From Anthoceros angustus (taxonomy: Eukaryota > Plantae > Anthocerotophyta): a stretch of DNA of 64,000 nt. Below the pieces are notes generated by a model. That model searched no databases. It saw only the letters and a list, made by a program, of their open reading frames with translations, and was not told where the DNA came from. The stretch's first letter is position 1. Each line of letters opens with the position of its first letter. Below are positions 51,801 through 63,501 of the stretch, in pieces. The stretch lies in contig VJWM01000227.1 of the NCBI GenBank assembly GCA_010909165.1, forward strand, positions 186,001 through 250,000, written 5' to 3'. The position numbers and the translations under genes were made by a program.

Positions 51801-53030
51801 CATTGGTTGCCGCAGAAAAAGTACAACCGGAGGAGCCGAACCCCAAGCTACGAGCTGGCGGCCTTAGCGAGCGGAGAAGGGGGTGGTCCGACCTCGAAGA
51901 AATAGGCGGTACCTCAGGGAATGGAGCTTCCATCGACTCGTGGGAGAGGAGGCATTCGTGCACTATGCTCGACCCTTGAGAATGTACAACGGTGTGTGTT
52001 CAAATTAGGGGACGGAGTAGAGCGAAGGTACTTGCAACCGGCGAGAGGCAGGAGGCGGTCGTCGAGGAATGCACGAAGGATTGGGGGAGGACACTACGCG
52101 AGTCACCACCAAAAGATTTTGGGCGGGATCTTGGCCAACAATGTATGGGGACACCCACCGGTTTGTGAAGAAGTGTGATGCTTGTCGTGGATCGGAAAGC
52201 CAACCCCGACGACACGGTGGCCGCTAGTACCGATATTGGCACCTTTCGAAAAGTGGGGTATTGACTTTGTTGGACCTATCTGACCTCGACAAGACACACA
52301 AAGGAGATACATCCACGGTGGCAGCGGACTCGCACGGTGGGTAGAGGCGGTGGCGACAAGAACGGACTCGCAAACGTGGCCAAATTCACTGCGAGAACAT
52401 CATAACCCGACGGATGTCCTGCGGTTGGTAAGTGATAGGGGAACCCATTTCCTTAATGATGTGGTGGCCGCCATGACGGAGTATTTCGGCATCAATCATC
52501 GCAAGACGGCACCCTACAATCCTAAGGCCAATGGGTGAGAAGACAAATGGGCTCATCTGCGGGATCTGAATAAACTCACGACTACGCCCATGGGATACCA
52601 AGCGCCATCCGCCTGGGCGTTCGGACAGCAGAAGGTGACCACGGACCCCTTCTTGACCTCGGACACTCTCCGTAATGCCGTGGAGTTTGAAGTGCCCACT
52701 TTTGAGTAATGATGGAAGGGAGGCGGAGGAGGAAAGCCATCGGCGACTCTTGGGGTTTGTTCGGCCACGGAGGACGGGGAAGAAGCTCGGTGAAGATGCA
52801 TTGGTGCAAAACCGGTGAAGATTTGGCACGATCGCATTGCGGAATCGGAGTATGTAAAGGAAGGGACTGGCCCTCCTTTATGATAGTCGTTACATGCATT
52901 TTCGAGCAAACTTCACGAGATGGATGGGTCCGTACCAAGTGGTGCAAGTATATGACAACGGGTCCGTCCACGACTAGATGGAGAGCTGCCCACTCGGGTG
53001 AGCGGGTGGCGGGTGAAGAAGTATCATGCT
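42900..53030 (+). pseudogene. Gypsy gag-pol, frameshift-riddled, with duplicated or triplicated blocks
   Basis: Gag (FGGKKERDAETFVEDF; LKNAFLERF); CCHC knuckle block x3 (~43545-45770); protease IKDVPLDTGS x3 (~46500, 47340, 48065); RT (FLDGY, DKTTFTTEWG, F..IFLDDF); RNase H; integrase WWPTMYGDTHRFVKKCDAC, WGIDFVGP, LVSDRGTHF, TAPYNPKANG x2. Confidence 0.88.
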
Positions 53031-53067
53031 TAGTGTTGGCGGAGGCGTAGCAGATGAGAAGGGAGTA

Positions 53068-56000
53068 TGTGGGCTATGCACTTCCGGGAGTTAGAAATAA
53101 GTAGGGTTTCTGTTTTTAGGATTGAAGGATAAATAAGGCGGAAAAGGAGGAATAAATTGGGGTAGCGCTTGGACGAGGCTCGGAGTATACTCCGGACTCG
53201 AGTGAACAACGGACCCGGTACCACTATGGCAAGCTCGGACTACGCCGAAGAGATAAGTCCGGAACCCACTCCAGTCAAAATAGGATAAGTGCGAAAGTAA
53301 CCTAGGAGGAGGCGTGAGGGCAGAGGCGGCGCCACGTGGGCCACGAGTGGAGGTCGGGCATGCTGAGCGGGCCGTAACCTTGCAGGCCGTTATAGCGGTA
53401 TTCACGCCCGCGCGCGTAAGGCGTAAGCGGGCGTAGGGTCGAGTAAGCCATGCGACCCCTGGCGATTCTCGGACAGGCGCCTTCGCCTGTTACTTCCTGG
53501 CGCCAAGGAGGAGGTCATTTATTGCGCGACCTCGACAATCCTCACGGTCCCTTGCGCTCCGCAATCCGGCTCTGGCGCTATCTTTTGGGCGCCAGTCGAC
53601 AGGCGCGCGTCAAGGTTGGAGCGGCAGCGGCGAGGAACATCGTGCCGGTGGACTCGACGGCCGGGAGGAGGAGAAAGCAATGGCACCCAAAAGCCGGAAT
53701 CAGGAGCCATGGACCCTCGTGGAGCGCAACATTGTGACCGGCTATCCGGACTTGGCCTGGTGGAGGCGGGGAATTGGTGCGGGTGGCATGGGCGTGTTCC
53801 AAATGGTCGGACCTTTGACGTCACTCTAGTCCGGAGTTTGCGGAAGATCTGGCGGCAACAAGGAGGTCCGATCCAAGAACCTCCGGAGGACCGAGGCGAT
53901 GGACCTTGGAGGTCCCGAGGATGGCCCCGCCAAGGAGGAAGAAGGGGCGTGGTGCGAGCCCCTTAAGGCGAAGGGAAGATAGGGCCACCCGCAGTGCGTC
54001 TTGAGGCTGGGCGCGGACAACCAACGGATGGTTGATATCCGATCTGGCCGGACGGTCGAGTAAGGGCGGTAGCCGGATCATTATCCATTGGAACTGCTCA
54101 CCAAGGTGGATCACCTTGGTGATAACTGATGGTATTCATGCGCTCCGGTGAAGGAAGGCGGTGGGAAGGATTATCTTCGGTTCGGTCGAGGCACGCAAGC
54201 TAAGGAGCGAAGCCCTCGCCATCGGTGACCCCATACGATTCATGTATGGGGACATTTCGAGCTCTGAAGGAGGAGGCGGCGCCAAGGAGGAGGCCCCGAG
54301 TAGGCGTGCAAGGGTGGTGGTCGTCCTTGAGACCAAGCGGACTCGGGAGGAGGCGGAGGATTCCGGACTCCATACGTCTGGAGCGAACCCCCTCACCACC
54401 CAGGGAAGTTTGGGAGGCGATTCCCCCTTCCCTCCTTTTGGTGCCCCTCGGGCGGCCCGGCCGAGGGAGGCGGCGGGAGGCGTTGGCGGCTCCGGCACCG
54501 ACAGAACAACAGCCAACAACCACGACGGCTGCTGAGCCCCGACGAACTCAGCGGGAGCCGAAGAGGCGGAAGACGGTGCCGCCTACCAACGCAGCACCTC
54601 GGTGCAGTACCTTACCCCGCCCAGGAGTGGCAAGAGGCAAGAGGCGGTGGGAGGCGAAGGGACGTGGCCCAAGGAGGAGGTCAGCGGCCACCCACCCGGT
54701 CCCCCGCGGGAAGGGGCAAGAGCTTGCTCCGGACCCCTCACCTCCTCCGAGCCCTGTGGAGAAAGAGGGCACAAAGGAGTTAGAGGCCAAGAGGGCCAAG
54801 AGGGTGAGACTCGGACCTCACCACTCGGGACCGAGGGTCTGATTAGGTCGAGAACCCAGTCGGACTTACTCGTGCGGTATGGAGGTCCTTGGCGGACCGA
54901 GAAATGCCGGCTCCCACTACGGACTTTGTGGGGGCCTCACAGTGGCCGTGGAAGAAACACGGCGAGTCCTGGCTACCGTCATGGACGGAATGCTTTGGGG
55001 TCTCTGTGGTACAGCGGAGAAGACCCAGGAAGTGGAGGCCACCCGGAGGAGGATGGTGGAACTCAAGAGCAAGTGAAGGCGGAGGGGCAAAGGAAAAGGC
55101 GGAGTCCCTCGCTCGGATCGAGGAAGGAAGCGCCGGGTGGCGGAGCGAGGCGGTTCGCAGACGGGCCAAGGTTCTTCAGTCGCGACAGTGAAGCAAGCTC
55201 GAGGCCCAAGCGGCGGAGGACCTTGCGGGCGAAGGCGCGGCGGGAGGCGGAAGGCCGGGGCTGGCAGAGAGCTCGGGACTGGCGGAGGCGGCGGCTAGGC
55301 GCCAAGTGGGCGAGGCCAGTAAAGCGGCGAAGGTGGGCGGCAAGCGGCCGGGATCACTGAGGCGTGATCGGGCCGGTGGAGAGAGTCATGACGAGGCTAA
55401 CTCGAAGGCGCCGCATGGGCGAGCAAGGCCGGCAAGGAGGAGGCCGGCACTCGGGAGATAGGGATCTCCGAGTGCAGTGCAGGAGGTAGAGGAGGCGGCG
55501 GCGGATGGAGGGCAGCAAGGACACGCGCTACAACTCCAAGATGCGTCGGGCGGCGGTGATTCTCAGCGAGAGAATCCACGACTCGAGCACGAAATAGAGT
55601 GCCTCGGCTCAAGACGGAGGAAAATCGGCGACTATCCAAGGAGTTGGGCGTTGCCGGGCTGAAGCGGAGGAAGTCCGAGTCGGACGGAGGTATCGCTGGA
55701 GAGGGAGGCTGGCGGCGGCCGGCTAGGCGGCGCCAAGTGGGCGAGGCCAGTAAAGCGGCGAAGGTCGGGCCGCGGCAAGGATCACTGAGGCGTGATCGGG
55801 CCGGTGGAAGAGTCGGACGAGGCTAACTCGAAGGACGGCGGCTATGGGCGAGCAAGGCGGAAGGAGGAGATGGAGGCCGGCACTCGGGAGATAGGGATCT
55901 CCGAGTGCAGTGCGGAGTAGAGAGGCGGCGGCGAGATGGAGGGCAGCAAGGACAGCTGGGCTACAACTCCAAGATGCGTCGGAGGCGGTGATTCTCAGCG

Positions 56001-57834
56001 AGAGAATCCACGACGCGAAATAGAGTGCCTCGGCTCCGTCGAGGCGGAGGAAAATCGGCGACTATCGAGGAGTTGGGCGTTGCCGGGCTGAAGGAGGCGG
56101 AGGAAGTCGGTCGGACGGAGGTATGCTGGAGAGGCGGAGCTAAGGCGAGAATGAGCGGAGGCGCGAGCCTGGAAGCGAGAAAGAAGCTGGTCCGGTGAGA
56201 AAGGAAGGAGCAGCTGCGCTATGGCGGAGTGGTGGCAATGGAAGCAGCGGGAGCTGGGCGGGTGGAGCAGTGGCGGTGAGGGAGGCCGCCCTTGTAGCCT
56301 CGCGTGATCTGACCGGCTCATCAAATCTGGCGGAGAGGTGGCCCAACAAGCGGCGGCCGCCCGGCTCCGGAACACTTATGGCGGAGGGAGTATCGGGTGC
56401 TCCGCACACGTGGAAGAGGCAATTCAACAAGTCGATTCGGACTTTGCCTATTACCACAGCTCCTGAGGCGAAGCCTCTCGGCGCCAAACGGGACCCTGGA
56501 AGGCTCGGAAGGAGATGAAGGCCACGGGGAGACAGGACCCTAGTGGCCTGTTTAGATGACGAGCGGCGGAGAGGAGCAGGAGGAGGCGAGCGAGGAGCGG
56601 CGGATCGAGGTAAGCACCGCACCTCACCATGGAAGGAGGGGCCAGCGAAGGAGTCACTTGAGGCGATCGGGAGCAGTGGAGGACTTGAGGGAGCCACGGA
56701 GGTCCGTGAGGGAGGGTGGGCGTGAGTCGGACTTTGTCCGGACCCGGAGGAGGCCGGACCACAGTCCGGACCTCGGTAAGTCCGGACCACAAGTCCGGAC
56801 CCGTAATAAGTCCGGACCGTCCGGACCCGTGTCATCCGGACCCGAGGTCCGGACCCGAACAAGGTCGGACCTAGCCGGACCCGGAGGCCGGACCAAGTCC
56901 GGACTCACGAGTTCGAGTCGAGGCAGACCTCGAGGGCCGGTGCAGCGATGAGGAGCCCCTTCGACTTACGCTAGGGGAGCAGAATGGTGGCCCCGAAGGA
57001 CCGAGGAGGCCGAGGAGGATGACGTCGTGTGGCAGCGGTTGTCGACCGCCAGAGCTAACGGCGATTCGGGAGAGGAGGGGCCCGCCTCACGGATCATCCG
57101 ATTGGGTGCACCTGGTCGGGGATTGGACCACCCATTCCGGCGGGGCCAGGACCTTCCAGCCACGGCGAAGGAGATAGGGGATAGGGGTGGTAGGCGATTA
57201 GGGTATACCGGTGGCTATCGGCTCGAGAATAGGGGTGTAATAAAGACGCGCCTTGGGCGCGATATAAGAGGGCGTGCTCTAGTAAAGCATCTTTCTCTTG
57301 GTGTTGATGCGCGTTCTTGCGGACCTTTGTGAGTCTTCTTGCTAACGTGAGTCTGAGTCACGCGAGCCACAGCGGCTCGGGAGATTGATCAAGGTCCGTG
57401 GCGGACTTAGCGTTGTGGTGTGTGCGGGGAAGGGTGTGGTGACGTGCTCGTCCGGGCGTCGACGAAACGGGCAGGCGTGAGCCGGAGGAACTCGGCGTGT
57501 AGAGCCGGGCGGAGGCCCAGCGGGCAGCGGAGGAGGTCGGGGCTGCGTAACCAGCGTCTTTTCTAAGGCGAGTGTAGCGTGAGGGAGAGAGGAAAGGGCG
57601 GATGCGTGAGGGATGTATGTGAGCAATCTGGGACGAGCAGGTCCTTAAGCGTTTAGCCATACAAGACTGTCTGGTGAAACGTTGTGAGTAGTTAGGAGTA
57701 TGTGTGAGGCGAGCAGGCGCTAAGGGCGGTAGAATCACACAAGCAGTGGGCCTATCATTCCCTTGGGAGCGGACTTCTTCCCTACAACGACACGGGATTG
57801 TGCGCGCGGTGGCCATCGGCAAAGTCACGCCACA
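53068..57834 (+). repeat. Gypsy 3' LTR (~4.8 kb)
   Basis: Runs TG...CA and follows the PPT; contains a long coding-like region 53226-~57230. Confidence 0.88.
53226..57232 (+). pseudogene. LTR-borne accessory gene (N-terminal globular region, acidic linker, long coiled coil), frameshifted as assembled; second copy at 34462-~42230
   Basis: ATG MASSDYAE. Peptide blocks shared by both LTRs include NPALWRYLLGA, RVPNGRTFDVTLVRSLRKI, LELLTKVDHLG, MDGMLWGLCGT and AHVEEAIQQVDSDFAYYHEL. AATAAA at 57239-57244. Confidence 0.55.
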
Positions 57835-60235
57835 AGCGGGAAGCGACTCAAGACCTTGCGTTCGGATAATGGTGGGGAATTTACCTCACAGAATTCCGGC
57901 CTTACACGCAGATGAAGGAATTGGCGGGATTAACGATGGTCTATACACCTCAGCAGGCAGTGGTGAGCATATGAACCTCACTTTGCGAGGAGATGACATC
58001 TTCTTTCTTGAACCATGCTCACCTCCCTCTGTCTATTGGGCGAAGCCCTTACAACCTCTGTTTACCTAAGGAGCAGTGCCTACCAATCTTTGGAGGATGA
58101 CTCCATATGAAGCCTTCTATGGACATAAGCCCAAGATCTTGCATTTGAGGACTTTGGTTGTGTAGCCTATGCCTTCATCCCTGTGGAGAAGCGCAAGAAA
58201 CTGCTCAACAAAGCACAAAAGTTGCTGATGTTAGGTTACATCAAGGCATCAAGGCATACAAGTTGTATGATGTGCCTACTAATCACGTCATCTACTGTGG
58301 AGGCGTTACCTTTGATGAAAACCGTTCGCCGGTGGGAGCTTCACGATTACGCCTCAAGATGATTGGGAACATCTTGAACAAGATGTCTCGCATTTGAGGA
58401 TCTTATCGAGGATGTTGCTCCTGCAGTGGGGAACAAGAGGATCCACGAAGACGCGACCTGACAGCACGCGTTATCGTAATTTAGAACAAGATTTCGAGGA
58501 TGTTGTTGATCAAATACAGCCCCATCCTCAGATCCTCTACCTTTTATGTGGACTTAGATATGGAGGAAGCGTGCAGATGCCGGCGATGCGTGCAGATCTT
58601 GAAAACTCAGCACCTCGGCGTGAGCAGAAGACCCACCTGCGCCAACCCGAACGACGCTACCCACAAACGTGAACGACATCCTCCGGGACATTATCCACAT
58701 GACTTTAGGGCAGACAAGTCAACTCTTTGCTTTGGACCCCATCGAGCCACACTCATATGAGGAGGCAATTAGTAGACTGATGTCCGAATGGAAAAAGGCC
58801 ATACAATGAGTACGAATCCTTGATCAAAAGCGGACTTGGGAGCTAGCCAAGTTACCTCCAGACATAAAATGGTCTCATGTAAATGGGTTTTCAAACTAAA
58901 AGTGAAAGCTGATGGTACCTTTGATAGGTATAAAGCAAGACTTGAGTCGAGGATTTTCCCAAGTGCAGCCTAGACTACTTGAAACATTTGCTCCAGTTGT
59001 CAAGATGGCAACTTTTCGTATCCTATGTGCATGTTCACAAAGACTATGAGTTAGATATGTTTGATGAAACAAGATTTCTACATGGGAAGCTAGATAGAGA
59101 TATATATGCACCCTCCAGTTATGAAGTAAAGGCAAAGAGGACTATGTCCTCAAGCTAATCAAAACTCGTATGGGCTCAAGCGATGCTATGGAATGGAACG
59201 CATCTGGATGAGGAGTCGTGAACTAGGTTTTGTAAAGTGCCAGCGATGGCACAGACGCTAGATCGACAACGTAGTCTGTTACCTTGCAGTCTATGTGGAT
59301 GACTTGATTGTCGCCTGTAATAGTGGAGCATACATCACCAAGCTCAACCTACTGCTAACACAGAAATTTGAGATGACAAATCTCGGACCTCTAAGAAGCT
59401 GTCTTGGTGTTCACATTCAAAGGGATAGAAATAGAAGAATTATTACCTTGACACAACCGAGATACCTTATGAACTGTGTGGAGCAGATGGGCCTTAAAGA
59501 TGCCAAACCAGCATCAACACCCTTACATAGTGGATTGAAGTTGAGTAAGTCAATGTGTCCACAGTCAGAATTTGAAAAGGATGCTATGGCAAATGTGCCA
59601 TACAGAAAAGGGGTAGGTAAACTTATCTATGCTTCAAACACTATGAGGCCAGACGTTGCATATTCAACCAGCGCCTTATCCCAATTTCTTGAACATCCGT
59701 GCCATGAACATTGGCGAGTTTGAACGGGTGTTTCGCTATCCGAAAGGAACATCGATGTAGGCTTAAGGTATGAGCACCGGAAGGAAAGACTCTAGACTTA
59801 GAGACTTTTCTGACTACGACTATCTGGAGACATTGACACGAGAAAGTCGGTTTCGAGGATATGTGGTCTCCTTTGTCGGACCTATATGTTGGTCATCCAA
59901 GAAGCAACCTACGGTGGCCATCAAGTCTGAGGCCGAGTATAGAGTTCGACATTGCAAAGAAAAGAGATAGTGTGGTGTAAGTTAATTTTTCGAGATGGGA
60001 ATTCACCTACCCACTGCACACTCATCTATAGACAACCAAGGCTCCATGGCTCTAGCAAAGAATCGTCTTTCACTCACGTACAAAGCATGTGGAAGTCGAG
60101 TATCACTACATTAGAGAGCGGTGTGAGGAAAATATACTTGGACTACATACCAACAACCCACAACCCTGCGGATATCGACTAAGGCTCTAGGCCGAGAGTT
60201 ACACCACAAACATGTAAAGAGTCCGGGACTCGGGA
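57835..60235 (+). pseudogene. Copia integrase C-half, reverse transcriptase and RNase H (frameshifted)
   Basis: LKTLRSDNGGEF, TPYEAFYGHKP...HLR.FGC, KAYKLYD, TFDE; CKWVFKLK, ETFAPVVK, AVYVDDLIVA, FEMTNLG, PYRKGVGKLIY...RPDVAYS; WSSKKQPTVA, EAEY, NPADI. Confidence 0.9.
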
Positions 60236-61260
60236 GGTCGCAAGACTTCCTCAAAGCAAAAGCAAAGAAAAGGCCTAGCCCTAATCCCGCTTGAAGCTCG
60301 CTTCATCGAATCATCAATGTTGTTATTTTCCTCGTCGATTCTCGAATCCGGCTCTTCGTGTGGAGAAGCTTTCTCCTTGAGAGGGTCATACGCCTCTTCC
60401 TTTCCGATAAGATATGCGTTCAGTTCGAGACGTTCCTCCTCCTGGCGGATGTCGGTCCTACAAGATGCAACAAAGGTGATGTTAGAATTTCAAAGCAGTG
60501 GGAGCACAATAAGCGAAGGGGCTAAAGCAAGCGGAAATCAACGCCATCAGAGAAGCGATCGCGTGTGGGTATTCTCGCACATGGTGACCTTCACACGACG
60601 AAGTATGTATCTGGTCACCCGACATCGATACCATAGTGGCGATCCCGGGTGTTTTATGTTTCCAGGGCACACAACTCTCGTCTCTTCATCATACTCTCTT
60701 ATGGCAGGGAAGGAAAATGGCACAGGTGGAATCCCCTCGCAATCTGAGTAGGCATATTCACCCTCGTCGAACCTCCTCTCTGACGCAATCTTACATCTAG
60801 TCTGGGGCACCGCGAGAAGAAGCCCCATAGTGGCATCGCGGTGGCACTCGTGCCCCCGCCTTCCTCTACCGGTGGCCTCCCTCTTGGACGCCTAGGCGGG
60901 GACCTTTAGCGCAGTGACGCCGAGGTCGGGCTTCTCGGTGTGTTCTAGCTGAAAATCGACCAAGGGGATCACGATTGTAAGCCCGAGACCTTCGAGGGGC
61001 ATCATCAGATGGTGTTGTGATAGAAGACATAGCAGCAAGCGCTCTCCTCCAAAGTTGGAATCTTGAAATGAGGCGCAGGGAAGCGTAAGCTGCAGTTAAA
61101 TACCAGCGTACCTCAGGGCGAGAGGCATCTCATCCTCACGCTCCATTGCTCCTGCGAGCGTAAATGGCAGCTAAGGAGGACTGAAGCTCAAGTGACGCTC
61201 ACGCTCACAAGGGACTGCACAAGGAAGGAGTGTACTTAACATGCATTCAACAAGTGGGAG

Positions 61261-61513
61261 TGATGAAGTAATGAGTACTTAGGGTGTTATCATAATGTTA
61301 AGTAACCTAGGGTTAGCTTATTAGTCACACATATAACTTAGCTTAAGTTATATATACCCTTTCATTAGGGTTGCGACCTTTAGCGAATGACATGACTTTT
61401 CGCTTTAGTTAAGTTGTCCAAGTCTCATAAACACTTTGGTTCTTTTCTTGATTATCAATGATGTAATTATTTTATCTGATTTAATTAATCTGCATTATCT
61501 CTATAAATCGTCA
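61261..61513 (+). repeat. Copia 3' LTR (253 bp)
   Basis: Matches 31200-31454 and is followed by the TSD GTTTG. Confidence 0.95.
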
Positions 61514-61895
61514 GTTTGCCTCACTATATTCAGCACCATTGAGGTCCCTCCAAAGTTGTGCGGCTGAAATACCTCTTGATGCGGTTTCTACCGGTGAGGA
61601 AGGTAGAGCTGTCGTTGAAGAGAGAATTACAAATGTGCAATGTAGAGAGCCTTGTTTTGAATGATTCATTGCAGTTTTGTCCCAAGCACAGTATCCATAC
61701 ATGCTTTTCACCAACAAAGACTTACACGGCGAGTAGGATAAGGGCTCTCTATTCATTTGAACATGTGGCAGTCAAAGAGGCATGGGGGAACTTTAAAGCA
61801 CGTACAAACCAGCACCGAGCTGAGGGTATAAGCACCGAACTTAGGGTGTTGCGTTAGCTCTAGCGGGTGAGGAAGGTAGAGAACCAAGTCACTCT

Positions 61896-62096
61896 TTTCT
61901 TGGGTGTCTTGATGGGAGAAGTCACCACAACTCTCTTGGGTGTCTTGGTGGAGGCCACCAGCTCTCCCAAGAGGCTGTGGTGGCTTCTCCACCAAGACAC
62001 CCAAGAGAGCTGGTGGCAATCTCCCACAAGACACCCAATAGAGCTATAGATAACCAAGAGAGTTGTGGTGGCTTCTTCAACAAGACACCCAAGAAA
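61896..62096. repeat. ~200-bp foldback/palindromic element built from ~35-bp subunits (MITE-like)
   Basis: Terminal TTCTTGGGTGTCTTG (61897-61911) is the exact reverse complement of CAAGACACCCAAGAA (62081-62095). Internal copies occur in both orientations; ACTCT flanks both sides. Confidence 0.65.
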
Positions 62097-62656
62097 CTCT
62101 CCTAAAGCTTTTCCCACAAGGACTGAAAGTATGGAAGACTATCACCTTCACAAGCTAGGGAGAAGTCTTTATCAATTCATGCCCATACCAAATGGTAGCT
62201 TGAGGCCGGAGATGGAACTCCAACGTCTTGCGGCTCTCTTAAAATAAATAAATGAATTTTGCACACGAGGTCATCGCCTTTCGTAGATAATCCCTAAGCA
62301 GTGAAAACGAAATATGTACTTACAACGTCATTTACTAACAGATAACCCGGTGCGGTGGACAGCCCGGTGCGGGTGCGGGATGACCAGCAGGCCGCGTCTT
62401 GCGTCGCTGCTGTCCGCCACTGGCGCGTGTCACTGCTGCTACGAGGAGTGCTGCGAGAGCCTCAGCAGTGCTTACGCGAACCTCGAGACCGGTGAGATCT
62501 AGCGGCAGCCAGGACAGGTTTTTGCTGTACTGATGACCGATCGTTGTGCGGCGTATGGCCTCATTGGCGTGCGCATTCATTGCCACGACGCGCCAGTCTT
62601 CGTGCGTGCGTTGCAAGGACCAGCATTCTACCTTACAATTCCACAGGAACGTAAAG

Positions 62657-62700
62657 CGTGAAGGCAGAGGAGACAATACGTGAAGGCAGAGGAGACAATA
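62657..62700. repeat. 22-bp tandem duplication
   Basis: cgtgaaggcagaggagacaata x2. Confidence 0.8.
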
Positions 62701-63501
62701 CAGGTAGTCTACTGCCGAAATATGATTCGCTTTCAGGAGGTCTTTATCATTTATGCTGCGCTCGAATAGATGGTTATCCATTCCTGGCTGTGCTGACGCC
62801 AGTCGCCTGCTAGATGCTGGATTCAACGCCTGCCTAAACCTAACCTAACGGGTGTGTGTACACATACATACAGAAAGACGGGGTCATCTTCACGGCTGTA
62901 CAAGTAATGCAGCAGTGACAACAGGTAGAGTGAGTTGCCTGCACACTGCTGTAGTGTCTGACCAGCTGTGTGGAAAAAATGAACACAAGGTGCAGGGAGA
63001 GTGAGCAAGAGAAGCATCTGTTAAAGCCCGGGAAAGTCACCGGAGCCCATAGTCCTCTGATGGCCTGTTCACATCGGAACCGGACATGCTGCGTAGACTC
63101 GCCGTAAAGATCGGGCGAACCCCGTCTTTTTCGGTTTCTTTAACCAAACGATAAGGTCGATACTGCGCAGCAAGGCGCAGGACCGGGCCGTGGTCACGCA
63201 GGGCTGAGCTGTGGTCCCATGACCCGTGATGTTATGGTACTAATATTATATTACAAAATAGCATCGTGAGGATAAAAGAGGCTCGTCTTCTCATTTTCAA
63301 CTTCATTGTCTGTTGTGTGGCTTGTTGTGTTTTCGATTCCGCTCCCTTGGTCTTGTGGCCTGGCCTTGTGTGTCTTGTCCTTTTGTTTGCTTGGGGTCAT
63401 GGATCCCATGTTATTTAATATTTTATTTGGTTTTTCATGAAATCTTATGTAGAATGCACGGATCTACCTATGGTTTTAGCTCACAGTTGGATGATGGTGG
63501 G

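Larger units (their letters stand above)
34295..57834 (+). mobile_element. Ty3/Gypsy LTR retrotransposon (non-chromovirus, Athila/Phygy-like) with giant LTRs, nested in the Copia integrase
   Basis: Both LTRs begin tgtgggctatgcac (34295, 53068) and end gccaca (42831, 57834). PBS-like ttttggcgcttgcgggga at 42832; PPT gagaagggag near 53056-53065; order gag-PR-RT-RH-INT. Flanks are actgg/agcgg (imperfect TSD). Removing the element restores the Copia integrase TG|KRLKTLRSDNGGEF. Confidence 0.9.
31200..61513 (+). mobile_element. Ty1/Copia LTR retrotransposon (~6.8 kb of its own sequence) interrupted by a Gypsy element
   Basis: Paired TG..CA LTRs; perfect TSD GTTTG at 31195-31199 and 61514-61518; PBS TGGTATCGAGC at 31455-31465 (tRNA-iMet-like); purine tract before 61261; domain order gag-PR-INT-RT-RH. 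Confidence 0.95.

Noticed and set aside
34500-57800. Dozens of short Arg/Gly/Pro-rich ORFs on both strands
   Set aside because: Out-of-frame or antisense fragments of the indel-rich Gypsy LTR gene and gag-pol, not independent genes.
62300-63250. Cys-rich short ORFs and a GC-rich patch between the Myb remnant and the transposase
   Set aside because: No family motif, termini or splice structure could be supported; left unannotated.
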